Below, piece by piece: positions 20,632-31,694 of a stretch of DNA of 64,000 nucleotides. Made by a program: the position numbers and the translations under genes. Positions within the stretch are counted from its first letter, which is position 1. Every line of letters begins with the position of its first letter. Origin of the DNA: an uncultured Bacilli bacterium (GTDB lineage: Bacteria > Bacillota_I > Bacilli_A > RF39 > UBA660); NCBI GenBank assembly GCA_947624045.1, contig CANQIL010000005.1, forward strand, positions 149-64,148, given 5' to 3'. The notes below the pieces were generated by a model. The model saw only the letters and a list, made by a program, of their open reading frames with translations. It made no database searches and was not told the DNA's origin.

Positions 20632-21594
20632 ATGGACTTTGTTAAAGTTAATTTAGATAATATTAATTTAAATGAATTATTATCTATAATGGATAAAAAT
20701 CATAGTATTGCTAAACGTAAAAGTGAAGAAATAGTTAATATGAATAACTATAGTAATGAAAAAATAGTTGAAAAAGAAGAAAAAGTCGAATGTGTATCTA
20801 ATAAAGCTAAAACACAAGAAATAGCCCAAGTAGATGAAGCATTTGAATTAGCTATAAAAGAATATTTAAAAGAACTAAATAAGTTAACTTTAGATAATAT
20901 AGATGAAAAAATACTTACTATATTACCAGATAAAAGTAATTATGAATTTGAAAGAATTATTTATCGTTTACAATTAGAAGTATTAAAAAGCATCAATGAG
21001 TTAGAAGAATTCATGGAAGAGGCAAGTCTTACTGATGATGATAGAGATGCTTTTGATTTAGAAAAAGACTTAGAAGAAAAGAAGTTAGCTTATTTAAAAA
21101 ATGCACTAGTAAATGAAGAAGAAAAAGATGAGAAAGTTGAAAATACTTTAATATTTGTACCAACAACAGGTGGAAATATTAGAGTACTAAATGAACTTGA
21201 AAAAATGCCAATGGAATATTATGAAGCTTTTTTAGACTTACTTTTATCAATAAAAGATGGAACGTTTAAAAATTCAAGACACTTTATTAATAATGCCAAT
21301 TTATCAGGAATTAGAGAAGTAAAAGGCTTTCAAACGAGAATTCTTTATGAAAGACTAGCTAAAAATAAATATGCCATAATTACAGCGTTTATTAAAAAGA
21401 CTAATGTTGATAGAGGCTATCTAGAGTCAATTTATCAAAAGACAAAGGATTACTTTTCTGTAAAGGAAAATATAAAAGCTTTACTTGATAATGAAGAGTT
21501 TTTACAAATGAATAAAGAGTATGAAGAAGAGATATATAACTTATTAAAAGGCTCTAATAATAAAGCTAAAGAGAAGGAAAAACAATATGAATAG
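20632..21594 (+). CDS. Acidic coiled-coil protein with a RelE/Gp49-like C-terminal domain
   Basis: GIREVKGFQTRILY..YAIITAFIKKT resembles the RelE/ParE (Gp49) signature; own promoter TTGCAA-17-TATAAT at 20574-20602. Confidence 0.5.
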   Translation: MDFVKVNLDNINLNELLSIMDKNHSIAKRKSEEIVNMNNYSNEKIVEKEEKVECVSNKAKTQEIAQVDEAFELAIKEYLKELNKLTLDNIDEKILTILPDKSNYEFERIIYRLQLEVLKSINELEEFMEEASLTDDDRDAFDLEKDLEEKKLAYLKNALVNEEEKDEKVENTLIFVPTTGGNIRVLNELEKMPMEYYEAFLDLLLSIKDGTFKNSRHFINNANLSGIREVKGFQTRILYERLAKNKYAIITAFIKKTNVDRGYLESIYQKTKDYFSVKENIKALLDNEEFLQMNKEYEEEIYNLLKGSNNKAKEKEKQYE

Positions 21595-23434
21595 TAAAGA
21601 AGAATTAATAAAAAAATTAGACCAAGAAATAGAAGAGTTAGAAGACCAAAAAAAGGCAAATGATGATTTAAATAATTTTGTTCATAAGTTTTGTTTGGAA
21701 AATGCTAATTTACGAGTTAGTGATTTTGATAATTTAGATGTTTATAATTTTTTAGTTTTACATTTTTTAGCGATGCGAAATGATTTAACTCTTGAAGGAA
21801 CTAAAGAAATACTTATTCCAATAAAAGAGATAATTCAAAAAATCCCTTTACCAATAAGTATACAAGATTTATTTTTAAATTTAGATTGTGCAGTTACTTT
21901 AAGTAATGTTGATACCGTAAAGGAACTTTTACAATTAAAGGACTTTGAACAGGCAGAAAGAGATGATAAAAAGAAGCGAAAAATAGATTTTAGAGTAGTT
22001 GATTATGTTATTTCAGCAATTAATATTATAGATAGTTTTAAACTAGATAAAGATAATGTACAAAAAATAATTGATTTATTTTTTAAATATAATTATGAAA
22101 TGACTGTTTTTATAAATGTTGTTTGTATTACTAAATTAGTTGATTTAATTAAAACTAAAAGTGCAATGGGTCTACTTAGTGAAAAAAGGCCTGATAAATT
22201 AGAGGAATTTATTAAATCTAAATCACATACAGAGTATTTAGAAGAACAACTTAAAAAATTATTTGATTTCGAAAAGCAAATTCAAAAAAAAGAAAGTATT
22301 CGTATATCAAAATTACAAAAGAAACAAGATGATTTAAAAGACTTTATTAATGAATTAGATATTAACGATGATGTAGAAATAACAGAATATCGTAGTTTAT
22401 TAGAAAAAATAAATGAAAAATTTAGGTTAGATGCTTTAAAAGTTATATATGAGCATAACGAAGCTATTTATGAAAATATTGCCAAAGAACATGGTAATTT
22501 ATTAGAAGATAAGAAAATAAAATATCAAAATCTTTTAGCTAAATATGGACTAAAACAAGAAAGTTTGAAATTAGAAAAACTAATAAATATAGATTATATG
22601 GAGTTAGAAAATAGTTTAGAAATACTTAGTAAGTTTGAACTTACTGAGCAAACTTTAGTATATATTATTGAAAATGCTAAATATGAAGATATAAAAAAAA
22701 TAAATTCTTATTTTGATAGAGGTATTTTAAATAAAAAGTTTATAAGAAATAATTATTTGATATTTATAAGTAATAGTAATGAAAATACTAATCTACTTAA
22801 AAATATTGAATTACTTGAACAAGAAAATATTAATCCTAATAACTTTGCTTTATCAGCTAAAATACTATTAATTGATTATAAATTATTTTTTAAAAATGTT
22901 ATGATACTAAAAGAATATAACCTATTAACTAGTATAAAAACAACTCAAAGCTATAACTTCTTACAAGATGAAAATTTAACTTTAAAAATAGATAAGCTTT
23001 TAGAACTTGGTATGGAGAAATTTTTAGAAGAAAATCTAGGACTACTTAATAGTAAAAATATTGATAGATTATATATTTTAAGAGAATTAAATATACCTAT
23101 TGAAAATATAGAACAGTTAAAAGAATTTTTGAAATTAAAAAAATTCTATGTACCTGATGATAAGATATTTGCTTATGTTTTTACTAAGAAAAACTTTAAT
23201 GAATCTTTAGAAAAAGACTATACTATTGATTTAGATAAGTATACGAAAACAAGTAGAACTTTAGATATAAATGGTGTTATATTTTCTAAAAATAAAGTTA
23301 AAAGAAAGCTAGTATCTAATAGTTATAATGATGTAAGATGCGCTTTATATAGTGATATTTATTTATCAAATGATGAATATGACTTAGTAGAAGCAGCCCT
23401 AGATAATGATAAAGAATATACTTATAAGATATAA
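21587..23434 (+). CDS. Hypothetical 615-aa helical protein
   Basis: Long ORF overlapping the upstream stop; no recognised motif. Confidence 0.75.
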   Translation: MNSKEELIKKLDQEIEELEDQKKANDDLNNFVHKFCLENANLRVSDFDNLDVYNFLVLHFLAMRNDLTLEGTKEILIPIKEIIQKIPLPISIQDLFLNLDCAVTLSNVDTVKELLQLKDFEQAERDDKKKRKIDFRVVDYVISAINIIDSFKLDKDNVQKIIDLFFKYNYEMTVFINVVCITKLVDLIKTKSAMGLLSEKRPDKLEEFIKSKSHTEYLEEQLKKLFDFEKQIQKKESIRISKLQKKQDDLKDFINELDINDDVEITEYRSLLEKINEKFRLDALKVIYEHNEAIYENIAKEHGNLLEDKKIKYQNLLAKYGLKQESLKLEKLINIDYMELENSLEILSKFELTEQTLVYIIENAKYEDIKKINSYFDRGILNKKFIRNNYLIFISNSNENTNLLKNIELLEQENINPNNFALSAKILLIDYKLFFKNVMILKEYNLLTSIKTTQSYNFLQDENLTLKIDKLLELGMEKFLEENLGLLNSKNIDRLYILRELNIPIENIEQLKEFLKLKKFYVPDDKIFAYVFTKKNFNESLEKDYTIDLDKYTKTSRTLDINGVIFSKNKVKRKLVSNSYNDVRCALYSDIYLSNDEYDLVEAALDNDKEYTYKI

Positions 23435-23506
23435 GACTTTTTCCTTTTTAAGTCTTTTTTCTTTTGATTTTTTGCGTTATACTTATCTTTAGAAAGAAGG
23501 GTAATT

Positions 23507-24538
23507 ATGATAAAACCAGAAAAATTAAAAAAAGGGGATAAGGTTGCGATTGTTAGCTTATCAACAGGATTATTAGGAGAAGATAGTTTAATTCATAAAT
23601 ACTATATAGCAAAAGAAAGATTAGAAAAAGACTTTGGCTTAGAAGTTGTTACTATGGAAAATACTTTAAAAGGAATAGCTTATTTATATGAACATCCAGA
23701 AAGGCGGGCTAAGGATTTAATGGATGCTTTTAAAGATAAAAGTATTAAGGGTATTTTTTGTGCCATAGGTGGCAATGATACGATAAGATTGCTTCCCTAT
23801 ATTGACTTTGATGTAATTAAAAATAATCCGAAAATATTTATGGGTTATTCGGATACAACAGTTAATCATTTTATGTTGCAAAAAGCAGGATTAGTTTCTT
23901 ATTATGGACCATCTATTATGTGTGAAATAGCTGATTATGGTAAAATGCCTGATAATGTTAAAAAGGCGATTACAAATATATTATTTAATGATAGTGCTAA
24001 CTTAGAAATAGAGTCTTGCGAGTATTGGTCAGATGACTTTGTACCTTGGCAAGAAGAAAATATTAATAAAGTAAAGAAAATGAAAAAAGAAGAACATGGT
24101 TATGAAATATTGCAGGGTAATGGTAAAGTGGCAGGCTCTTTAATTGGTGGTTGTATTGATGTTTTTCCTGTCATTAATGGAACATCTCTTTGGCCTGAAA
24201 AAAAGGCTTGGCAAGATAAAATACTACTACTTGAAACTAGTGATGAAGAAATAAATCCTGATTTATTACTTTTATATTTAAGAAACTTAGGAGCTCAAGG
24301 AATACTTGATGTTATAAAGGGTATTATTGTTGGTAAGCCTCATAATGAAAAGTATTATGAAGAATATAAAGAAGTTTATAAAAAAGTCTTAAAAGAATAT
24401 AATCAAAGTACTTTACCAGTTATTTATAATGTTAATATTGGACATGCTTTTTTTACAGGAATCCTACCTTTAGGTATAAATATAGAGATAGACTGTCAAG
24501 AAAAAAAGCTAACTCTTATGGAGTCAGCAACCAACTAG
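23507..24538 (+). CDS. S66 family LD-carboxypeptidase (MccF-like)
   Basis: RAKDLMDAF.D, CAIGGND, KIFMGYSDTT, GGC, LLLETS, NIGH. Confidence 0.9.
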   Translation: MIKPEKLKKGDKVAIVSLSTGLLGEDSLIHKYYIAKERLEKDFGLEVVTMENTLKGIAYLYEHPERRAKDLMDAFKDKSIKGIFCAIGGNDTIRLLPYIDFDVIKNNPKIFMGYSDTTVNHFMLQKAGLVSYYGPSIMCEIADYGKMPDNVKKAITNILFNDSANLEIESCEYWSDDFVPWQEENINKVKKMKKEEHGYEILQGNGKVAGSLIGGCIDVFPVINGTSLWPEKKAWQDKILLLETSDEEINPDLLLLYLRNLGAQGILDVIKGIIVGKPHNEKYYEEYKEVYKKVLKEYNQSTLPVIYNVNIGHAFFTGILPLGINIEIDCQEKKLTLMESATN

Positions 24539-24552
24539 GCCTTAGGCCTTTT

Positions 24553-25011
24553 TTAGTTTAAGATAAATATTCCTATAGTAAGATAACTTGCGAATAAAAT
24601 CCAAGCCATATAGAAATAATTTAGATAAGCAGATATTTTTACTTTGTCTTTGAAAAGTCTTATCATATATAAAACTAATAAGTCTAGTAAGATAATCCAT
24701 AGTATAGATATAAAACGCCATTTCAAAACAAAGAAGATTATTGACCAAAGTAAATTTACAAATAATTGAATGTAATAAACTTTTGACTCATATGAGTAAT
24801 TATAAGTAATTTTTTTACGAAAAATATAGTAAGATATGCCCATAAGTAGATAAATAATACTCCAAGCAATTGGGAAAAATATTTTAGGAGGTGCAAGGGG
24901 AGGTTTTACTAAAGTAGAATAGTCCATAAAATTAGAAATTAATAGTCCAACTAAGGAACCAAGTACTAAAGGTAAAAATATATAGTAAATATTTTTTAAT
25001 ATTTTATTCAT
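24553..25011 (-). CDS. TspO/MBR family membrane protein
   Basis: LVKPPLAPP..FPIAWSIIYLLMG, QLFVNLLWSIIFF, YMAWILFASYL. Confidence 0.92.
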   Translation of the reverse strand: MNKILKNIYYIFLPLVLGSLVGLLISNFMDYSTLVKPPLAPPKIFFPIAWSIIYLLMGISYYIFRKKITYNYSYESKVYYIQLFVNLLWSIIFFVLKWRFISILWIILLDLLVLYMIRLFKDKVKISAYLNYFYMAWILFASYLTIGIFILN

Positions 25012-25102
25012 TTAATCATCCTTTCTTACTTTATTTTATGTCTAAATATGTTAAATATACTTTTCTTTTGCCAAAAAATAGTATAAAATAAAAATAGTTA
25101 AT

Positions 25103-25178
25103 GCCGATTTAGCTCAGTTGGTAGAGCAACTCATTCGTAATGAGTAGGTCGAAGGTTCAAGTCCTTTAATCGGCACCA
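25103..25178 (+). tRNA. tRNA-Thr(CGT)
   Basis: GCCGATT..AATCGGC acceptor stem, anticodon arm ACTCA-TT-CGT-AA-TGAGT, TTCAAGT T-loop, encoded CCA. Confidence 0.97.
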
Positions 25179-25273
25179 GATTGATTTTACTCGAGCTTTT
25201 AAATTAATTGATAAGTTCGAGTTTTATTATATAATAATTTATGGTACAATATATGCCAAGGAAGTGAATTAGT

Positions 25274-26116
25274 ATGTCAGATTACCCAAAAGTTATTGAA
25301 GTTCAATTTCATAATAAATGTAATTCAAATTGTTTGATTTGTCCGTACAAGGATATGGATTATTCTTACGAGAGTATGACTGATGAATTATTTGAAAAAC
25401 TATTAGATGAAATTGATGAAAGTAAATTAAAACGAATAATACCTTATTTAAATAATGAGCCTTTTTTAGATAAAAGATTTATAGATAAGGTAAAGAAAAT
25501 TAGAAATAAATTTAATAAAGTCGAAATTGAGATATCATCAAATGTTTCTATGATAAAGGAAGAAGATATTATAGAAATGTGCAAGCTTAATATTACAGAA
25601 TTAAGATTAAGTGTCTTTGGATTTGAAAAAGAAACGTACAATAGAATGATGCCATGTTTAAATTATGAAAAAACATTTGAAAAATTGAAAATGATAAGTA
25701 ATAAAATGAAAAATTCCGATACTATTATTTCGATAGTTATGATAGATAATGGTGAAATAAATGAGCAAGAGTTTATAAATATGGAAAATATGTGCAATGA
25801 ATTAGGATTTAAATTTGAAAGATGGGGATTTTTAGATAGAAGTAATAATGTAACATATAAATCTAATAATATCTATAACGAAAATGTATATTATTGCGAA
25901 CAGAATAGACCATTAGAAAGAATGCATATACTATCTGATGGAAGAGTTATATTTTGTTGCCAAGATTGGTCTCATTCATTAGTTGTTGGTAATATAAATA
26001 CTAATACAATTAGTGAAGTTTGGAATAGTGACATATATAATAATGCAAGAAATTCATTATACGATAAAGAAAAAGATAGTCCTATGATTTGTAAAAAGTG
26101 TAAATTAGGTCATTAA
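25274..26116 (+). CDS. Radical SAM enzyme with SPASM/twitch domain
   Basis: CNSNCLIC (CxxxCxxC); C-terminal C..DGRVIFCCQD..GNI..ISEVWNS..CKKC. Confidence 0.9.
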   Translation: MSDYPKVIEVQFHNKCNSNCLICPYKDMDYSYESMTDELFEKLLDEIDESKLKRIIPYLNNEPFLDKRFIDKVKKIRNKFNKVEIEISSNVSMIKEEDIIEMCKLNITELRLSVFGFEKETYNRMMPCLNYEKTFEKLKMISNKMKNSDTIISIVMIDNGEINEQEFINMENMCNELGFKFERWGFLDRSNNVTYKSNNIYNENVYYCEQNRPLERMHILSDGRVIFCCQDWSHSLVVGNINTNTISEVWNSDIYNNARNSLYDKEKDSPMICKKCKLGH

Positions 26117-26126
26117 AGGAGTAGTT

Positions 26127-27602
26127 ATGAATAAAATTGGAATTTGCTATTTTAGAAGTTTGTATTCACAATCAGCTTGTTCTTTATCAGTTGGTAAAGT
26201 ATCAGATTATTTATTGAATAGAGGATATAAAACTAATTTATTTTTATTGAAAAAAGATGATTATGTTTCACTAATTACTAAATATAATAAGATTATGGAA
26301 AATGATATTATTATTTATAAAACTAATTATAAAGATTTTGAATATGGAATTCGCCTATTTGAAAATATGTGTAGAAAATATAATAAAAATATTTATTTAA
26401 CAGGTCCCTTTGCAATAATGAATAAAGATAGAATTATAAAAAAATATCCTTTTGTTACAGATGTGATTGATATTCAAAATAGTGAAGAAATTAATCAAAT
26501 TTTCTCTGACTTAGGAAATAAAGTTAAAAAGGATAGTGTTATTTGTGGAGTAGATCGAGAAATAGATATTCAGGAAAAAGGACATTATATAAATTTAGAA
26601 GCATCTACAGGTTGTATTTATAATTGTGCATTTTGCCATATAAAACTAATGAATTATACTAAAACAGAAAAGAAAATTGAACTAGTAATAAATGAAATAG
26701 AACAATTACATAATAAGTTAGGAAAAAATTACTTTATATTTAATGATAGTGTTTTTTGGAAAAACAACAATGATAATGAAAGAATTGAAACATTTATAAA
26801 GCTTTTAAAAGAAAAAAATCTTAATATTTATTTTATGATTTATTTGTCATTAGCTGGGAAGATTAGCGATGAATTATTAAAAAAATTAAAAGAAGTTGGT
26901 TTAATACGAGTTTTCTTTGGTGTAGAAAATGTTTCTAAAAATTTTTCGATACAAAATAATAAATATATTTCAGATGTTGATGCTGAGAATTTTATAAATA
27001 AGTTAGAAAATTTGAATATTAGTTATCATATTGGATTTATGTTGTTCAGTAAAGAAACAAAATATGATGAATTGCAAGAAAATATTGATTTTCTTTATAA
27101 AATTAAAAAATTATTTAGACCAGGTATGCTAGTTGAAAAAATGAGAATATTGCCTAATTCTAAAGACGCAAAGTATTTATATAATGATGAAAATAACATT
27201 GATCAAGCCTATAATTATATAATTGATGACTCCAAAGTTGAAAAATTTTATATAATTATTAACCAATTATTTTCAAATATCAACATTAGAAATTTTGAAC
27301 AATTTTTTTCTGGGATAAAGATAGGATTGACTATTATTAAAAGAGAAAATTTAATAAATGATTATATTGAATATGAAAAAAAATATAATAATACTTTGAA
27401 TTATATCAATGATGGTGTTTTTAAGATTCTATCGAAAATGTTAAAGAAATTAGAACTAACAGAAGCAGAAATCGCAGAAATAAAAAATCTATATTCTATT
27501 GCTGAAGCAAATTATATTGAATTTATGAGTTATTTAAAGAATCATAATAAGAATATTTATGAAACAATACCTCATGGAACAGAGGATTTAAATATATGGT
27601 AA
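26127..27602 (+). CDS. B12-binding-type radical SAM enzyme
   Basis: GCIYNCAFC after a ~150-aa N-terminal domain; FIFNDSVF, LKEVGLIRVFFGVEN, GFMLF, typical of class B radical SAM enzymes. Confidence 0.8.
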   Translation: MNKIGICYFRSLYSQSACSLSVGKVSDYLLNRGYKTNLFLLKKDDYVSLITKYNKIMENDIIIYKTNYKDFEYGIRLFENMCRKYNKNIYLTGPFAIMNKDRIIKKYPFVTDVIDIQNSEEINQIFSDLGNKVKKDSVICGVDREIDIQEKGHYINLEASTGCIYNCAFCHIKLMNYTKTEKKIELVINEIEQLHNKLGKNYFIFNDSVFWKNNNDNERIETFIKLLKEKNLNIYFMIYLSLAGKISDELLKKLKEVGLIRVFFGVENVSKNFSIQNNKYISDVDAENFINKLENLNISYHIGFMLFSKETKYDELQENIDFLYKIKKLFRPGMLVEKMRILPNSKDAKYLYNDENNIDQAYNYIIDDSKVEKFYIIINQLFSNINIRNFEQFFSGIKIGLTIIKRENLINDYIEYEKKYNNTLNYINDGVFKILSKMLKKLELTEAEIAEIKNLYSIAEANYIEFMSYLKNHNKNIYETIPHGTEDLNIW

Positions 27603-28735
27603 TTGGCATAGAGGGTAACGTACATGTTGGCAAAACAACATATATAAAGAATAATTTTAGTAAGTTTAATATAATAGCAGAAACTGAATTTAAAAAGGAT
27701 TTGAATGATTTTGACAGACAACTATATTACATAGAAAGTGAGATAGAAAAGAAAAAAAGATTAGATGATGATACAGTTTTAGATAGAACAATTATATCGA
27801 CAATACTTTATACTTTTTATACAGAAACTTTAAATTTAGCCGAAAAAAATAAAATAATGGAGATTATAAATGAAAATCTTGATAAAGATAAAATGATTAT
27901 TCCATCACTTGTTCATTTAATTATTTATCCGTATAAGCTAATTTCTTTAAATCATTTAAAGCTAATGAAAGAAAAAGGAACGCAAAATAGCTTAGTTGAT
28001 TATAACTATTACTTACACTATTCATTATTCTTTTCTAATTGTTATTATGCAATTAATAATATATTAAGTACTGAAGATTATAGACAAATAATATCATATA
28101 ACTCGGATATTTTTAAAAATATTACTAGTCCTAAAATGTCTAGTAGTAAAATTTTACTTGATGGTTGTCCTGCGATTGGAAAATCAACAATAGGTATGTA
28201 TCAAAAGAAATATGAATATATAAAAGAGTTTAAATATAAAAAATATACATTAAATGATTATTCAAATCAAATAAATAGTATTATCGAAAGAGTAGAAGTT
28301 TTAAATAAAGAAAATATTTTATTAGATACAAGTTTTTTAATGGGAATAACTCATTTGTTTTACAATAAAACAACTACAAAAAAATTAAAATTAAAGATGA
28401 TCGATGAAATTATGAAGAATATAGTTTTAAATAATTATATAACTGGAATATTTTATTTGGTTTTAGATAAACAAAAGATTATTGAAAGAAAGAATATGGA
28501 TAAGAAAAAAGAAAGAAAACATTTTTTTGACAATCTTAATTATTTAGATATGGAAATAAATTTTTATAAAGTTTTGCATAAGAGGTTAGGTTTAATGTCC
28601 AATATTAGTTTTATTGATGCTTCTCAAAGTGTTGATGAATTGGTTAATATTATTGAAAATCACAATGATAAGCCATTGATGTTGATAGATTTATTTTACG
28701 AGATAAAAGAAGCAATCAAAGAAGGTGAATTATAA
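27596..28735 (+). CDS. Tandem (two-domain) deoxynucleoside/thymidylate kinase-like protein
   Basis: Two P-loops, GIEGNVHVGKTT (with LDR) and LLDGCPAIGKST (with LLDT). Confidence 0.75.
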   Translation: MVIGIEGNVHVGKTTYIKNNFSKFNIIAETEFKKDLNDFDRQLYYIESEIEKKKRLDDDTVLDRTIISTILYTFYTETLNLAEKNKIMEIINENLDKDKMIIPSLVHLIIYPYKLISLNHLKLMKEKGTQNSLVDYNYYLHYSLFFSNCYYAINNILSTEDYRQIISYNSDIFKNITSPKMSSSKILLDGCPAIGKSTIGMYQKKYEYIKEFKYKKYTLNDYSNQINSIIERVEVLNKENILLDTSFLMGITHLFYNKTTTKKLKLKMIDEIMKNIVLNNYITGIFYLVLDKQKIIERKNMDKKKERKHFFDNLNYLDMEINFYKVLHKRLGLMSNISFIDASQSVDELVNIIENHNDKPLMLIDLFYEIKEAIKEGEL

Positions 28736-29922
28736 TGTTATATTTTATTTGGTTTTGTATAATATTACTTGTATTTACAAATATTAAATCATTAATTAGA
28801 TTAAAAAAATCCTACATATTTTTAAATAAAAAACATAATTTATCAATCAATATTGCTAAAAAAATAATTGTTATAATTCCTGCAATGAATGAAGTTAATA
28901 ATGTAAAAAAGTCTATTAATTATTTTAAAAATTTAAATGATATATGCGATGTTATATATGTGACTACTTCAAAAGAAAAGACTATGGCAACTTATAACAA
29001 ACTTAATAGTGAAATAAAAATACAAAAAGCTAATAATATAAGAGTAATTAATTGTCCCAACACTACTGGAACTATGGCTAATCAAATTAATTATGCTATT
29101 AAAAGATTAAAAGATGATGATATAGTTGCTATTTATAATATTGATTCTCAACCTGAACGAAAAACTTTTAAATATGTCTTAAAAAATACTAATGATGATA
29201 TAGTTTTACAACAAGTTAGTTTTTTTGATGATAAGTTAAAAGGAATTATGAAAAGTGCTGAAAATTGGCAAAATAGATGGTCAGTTGTTTATGAAATGGG
29301 TAAATATTTAAATGATATAAAACTAGAATTTAAATATTGTATAGGACATGGTTTATTTTTAAAAAAGACAATTTTTAATAAAATTGGATATTTTTCTGAA
29401 AATGAAATAAATGAGGATAACGAGTTTGGTTATAGACTAAATATAAATAATATTTCCATTAAGCCAATTCCTTTTATGGAGCAAGCTGATTTTGCAAAAA
29501 GTAAAAAAATATATATAAAGCAACAATCAACTTGGGTAAATGGGCCTTTATATGCATTTAATTATTTTAAAAATAATACAAGAACAATTAAAAATTTTGT
29601 ATTGACAGTTTTAAATTTTAAAGCATTTTTATCATGGTGGCTATTTCCTTTGATTTGTTATTTAGGCATAATATTTTCTGCTATTGTTGATATAAGACTA
29701 TTTGTATTAACATTATTCCTAGTTATCTTTTATGTAACTGGAATTAATTATTTTTCTAATAGATTATTGATTAAATTAAATTATATCAAAAATAATTATC
29801 ATATCAATATAATAAGTGATTTACTGTTTTTTTCATTACACACCTTTGGGAGCTATATAACTATTTATAAATTAATTACTGGAAAAAATAATATTAAAAA
29901 TAAATATAATACTGAAAAATAA
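28735..29922 (+). CDS. Membrane GT2 glycosyltransferase
   Basis: VIIPAMNE, YNIDS, EDNEFG, QQSTW (QxxRW-like); N- and C-terminal TM helices. Confidence 0.85.
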   Translation: MLYFIWFCIILLVFTNIKSLIRLKKSYIFLNKKHNLSINIAKKIIVIIPAMNEVNNVKKSINYFKNLNDICDVIYVTTSKEKTMATYNKLNSEIKIQKANNIRVINCPNTTGTMANQINYAIKRLKDDDIVAIYNIDSQPERKTFKYVLKNTNDDIVLQQVSFFDDKLKGIMKSAENWQNRWSVVYEMGKYLNDIKLEFKYCIGHGLFLKKTIFNKIGYFSENEINEDNEFGYRLNINNISIKPIPFMEQADFAKSKKIYIKQQSTWVNGPLYAFNYFKNNTRTIKNFVLTVLNFKAFLSWWLFPLICYLGIIFSAIVDIRLFVLTLFLVIFYVTGINYFSNRLLIKLNYIKNNYHINIISDLLFFSLHTFGSYITIYKLITGKNNIKNKYNTEK

Positions 29923-29974
29923 TTGTAATTTATTATTTTTTAGTATAGAATATATAAAAAAGGAGAGAGCTTTT

Positions 29975-30448
29975 ATGGAAAATAAGCAAAATTTTAAATT
30001 GATTGCACATGCTTTAGTAAAATTAGATGATAAATATTTATTAATTAAGAGGACACCAATCAAAAGAGGAAAGCCAAATTCATTACCAGAATATTGGGAT
30101 ATACCTGGTGGAATGGTAGAAGAGGGAGAAACACCTAGTATAGCTGCGATTCGTGAGACAAAAGAAGAAGTCAACTTAGATGTTGCTATTGGTCCAATTT
30201 TACATGAAGATAGTAACTATGATAAGGCAAAAGGAACAGTTTTCACTAGAATTGTTTATCAGGCAGAATTATTAGATGGTCAAGATGAGAATAATATTAT
30301 TTTGCAAGAAGATGAACATTCTGAATATAGATTAGTAAGTGATATTAATGAGGTGGATAAGCCAGTTGATTATTTATATGATACTATTGATCACGCTAAC
30401 ACTTACAATTCAGGTTCTAAAGCATTAAAAAAGACTAGAAAAAGATAA
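29975..30448 (+). CDS. NUDIX hydrolase
   Basis: PGGMVEEGETPSIAAIRETKEEVNL Nudix box. Confidence 0.93.
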   Translation: MENKQNFKLIAHALVKLDDKYLLIKRTPIKRGKPNSLPEYWDIPGGMVEEGETPSIAAIRETKEEVNLDVAIGPILHEDSNYDKAKGTVFTRIVYQAELLDGQDENNIILQEDEHSEYRLVSDINEVDKPVDYLYDTIDHANTYNSGSKALKKTRKR

Positions 30449-30449
30449 T

Positions 30450-31088
30450 CTAGTCATTTTTTAATTTTATCTGTTTTGATTTTATTAATTTTTTACTATT
30501 TGTTAAATTAGAAATATATTTTAAAGCTTCTTCTAAAACTTGTTCTTTAGTTAAATTATCTGTATTTATAGTATAACAAGGTAAATCTGGATGTTCAAGT
30601 ATAAATTGATTCATTGAATCATATCTAAGATTTCTAATTTTATCTAGTTCTAAATCTGGATCATTTTCATTCCTTTTTTTAATCCTTTTGATTCTTTCTT
30701 CATTTGAAACAGTAACAATAATTGCTGCATCAAAGAATACTCCAAGATTAATTAAAGTTTCAAATACAGGTTTTGAATTTGTATCACCATTAAATGCAAA
30801 TGCTGATAATAAACCTCTATCAATTATTAAATTTCTATCGGACATACATTCTTTTATGTATAAAAGACTTAACCCAGTAAAATAACTTTTTAAGGTATTA
30901 GAATCTGTCTTATTATAAATTAAATCTTGCATATGATATATTTCATTATATAAATAATTATCATCACCCTTAACATTAAACAATTCATATAATGGTTTAT
31001 CTATATATTCATAACCTAATTTTTCAGATAAACTTTTTGCTAAAGTTGATTTACCTGCTCCATCTAATCCATCGATAGTAATTATCAT
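30450..31088 (-). CDS. Thymidylate kinase-like protein
   Basis: ITIDGLDGAGKST, IIDRG, RIKRIKKR. Confidence 0.82.
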   Translation of the reverse strand: MIITIDGLDGAGKSTLAKSLSEKLGYEYIDKPLYELFNVKGDDNYLYNEIYHMQDLIYNKTDSNTLKSYFTGLSLLYIKECMSDRNLIIDRGLLSAFAFNGDTNSKPVFETLINLGVFFDAAIIVTVSNEERIKRIKKRNENDPDLELDKIRNLRYDSMNQFILEHPDLPCYTINTDNLTKEQVLEEALKYISNLTNSKKLIKSKQIKLKND

Positions 31089-31181
31089 GACTATCCCCCC
31101 TTAAATTGTTTTTTATTTTAGCAATTTTTATGTACAAAGTCAATATATATGATAAAATAGGTTATATGGAGTGTGGTTATA

Positions 31182-31586
31182 ATGAATGGAAATAAAATAA
31201 TTGTTCATACGTTGATAAAGACAAAAGATGGATATTTGGTTACAAAAAGATCAAAACAAGAAACAACATTTCCAGAATATTGGGATATACCTGGAGGTTT
31301 AGCAGAGTATGGTGAACTTCCTCGAGAAGCAGTAATTAGGGAAACTAAAGAAGAAGTTGGCTTAAATATCATACCAACAAAAGTAATTCATGAAGATAGT
31401 AATTTAGACGAATCTAAAAATCTTATTTTTATTAGATTAGTATATTTATGTGAATTAAAATCAAGAATTGATGATATAATTTTGCAAGAAGAAGAGCATT
31501 CAGAATATAGATTTATTAATTCTTTAGTAGAATTACATGATGAAAAGATTTCACCCTTTCTTATAGAAGTATTTAATAATTTGTAA
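31182..31586 (+). CDS. NUDIX hydrolase (paralog of 29975)
   Basis: PEYWDIPGGLAEYGELPREAVIRETKEEVGL; shares HEDSN, RxVY and ILQExEHSEYR with 29975. Confidence 0.93.
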   Translation: MNGNKIIVHTLIKTKDGYLVTKRSKQETTFPEYWDIPGGLAEYGELPREAVIRETKEEVGLNIIPTKVIHEDSNLDESKNLIFIRLVYLCELKSRIDDIILQEEEHSEYRFINSLVELHDEKISPFLIEVFNNL

Positions 31587-31694
31587 AACTACGGTATATA
31601 TAGATATTATACACACATGCTTATTTTCAATTATATGAAGATTTTTGAATATGAGATTAGTTGTTATTAATGATGAGTCAAAAGGTGATTAAAA

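Noticed and set aside
25274-26116. Calling the radical SAM enzyme a viperin
   Set aside because: It has a SPASM/twitch-type C-terminus and lacks recognisable viperin motifs.
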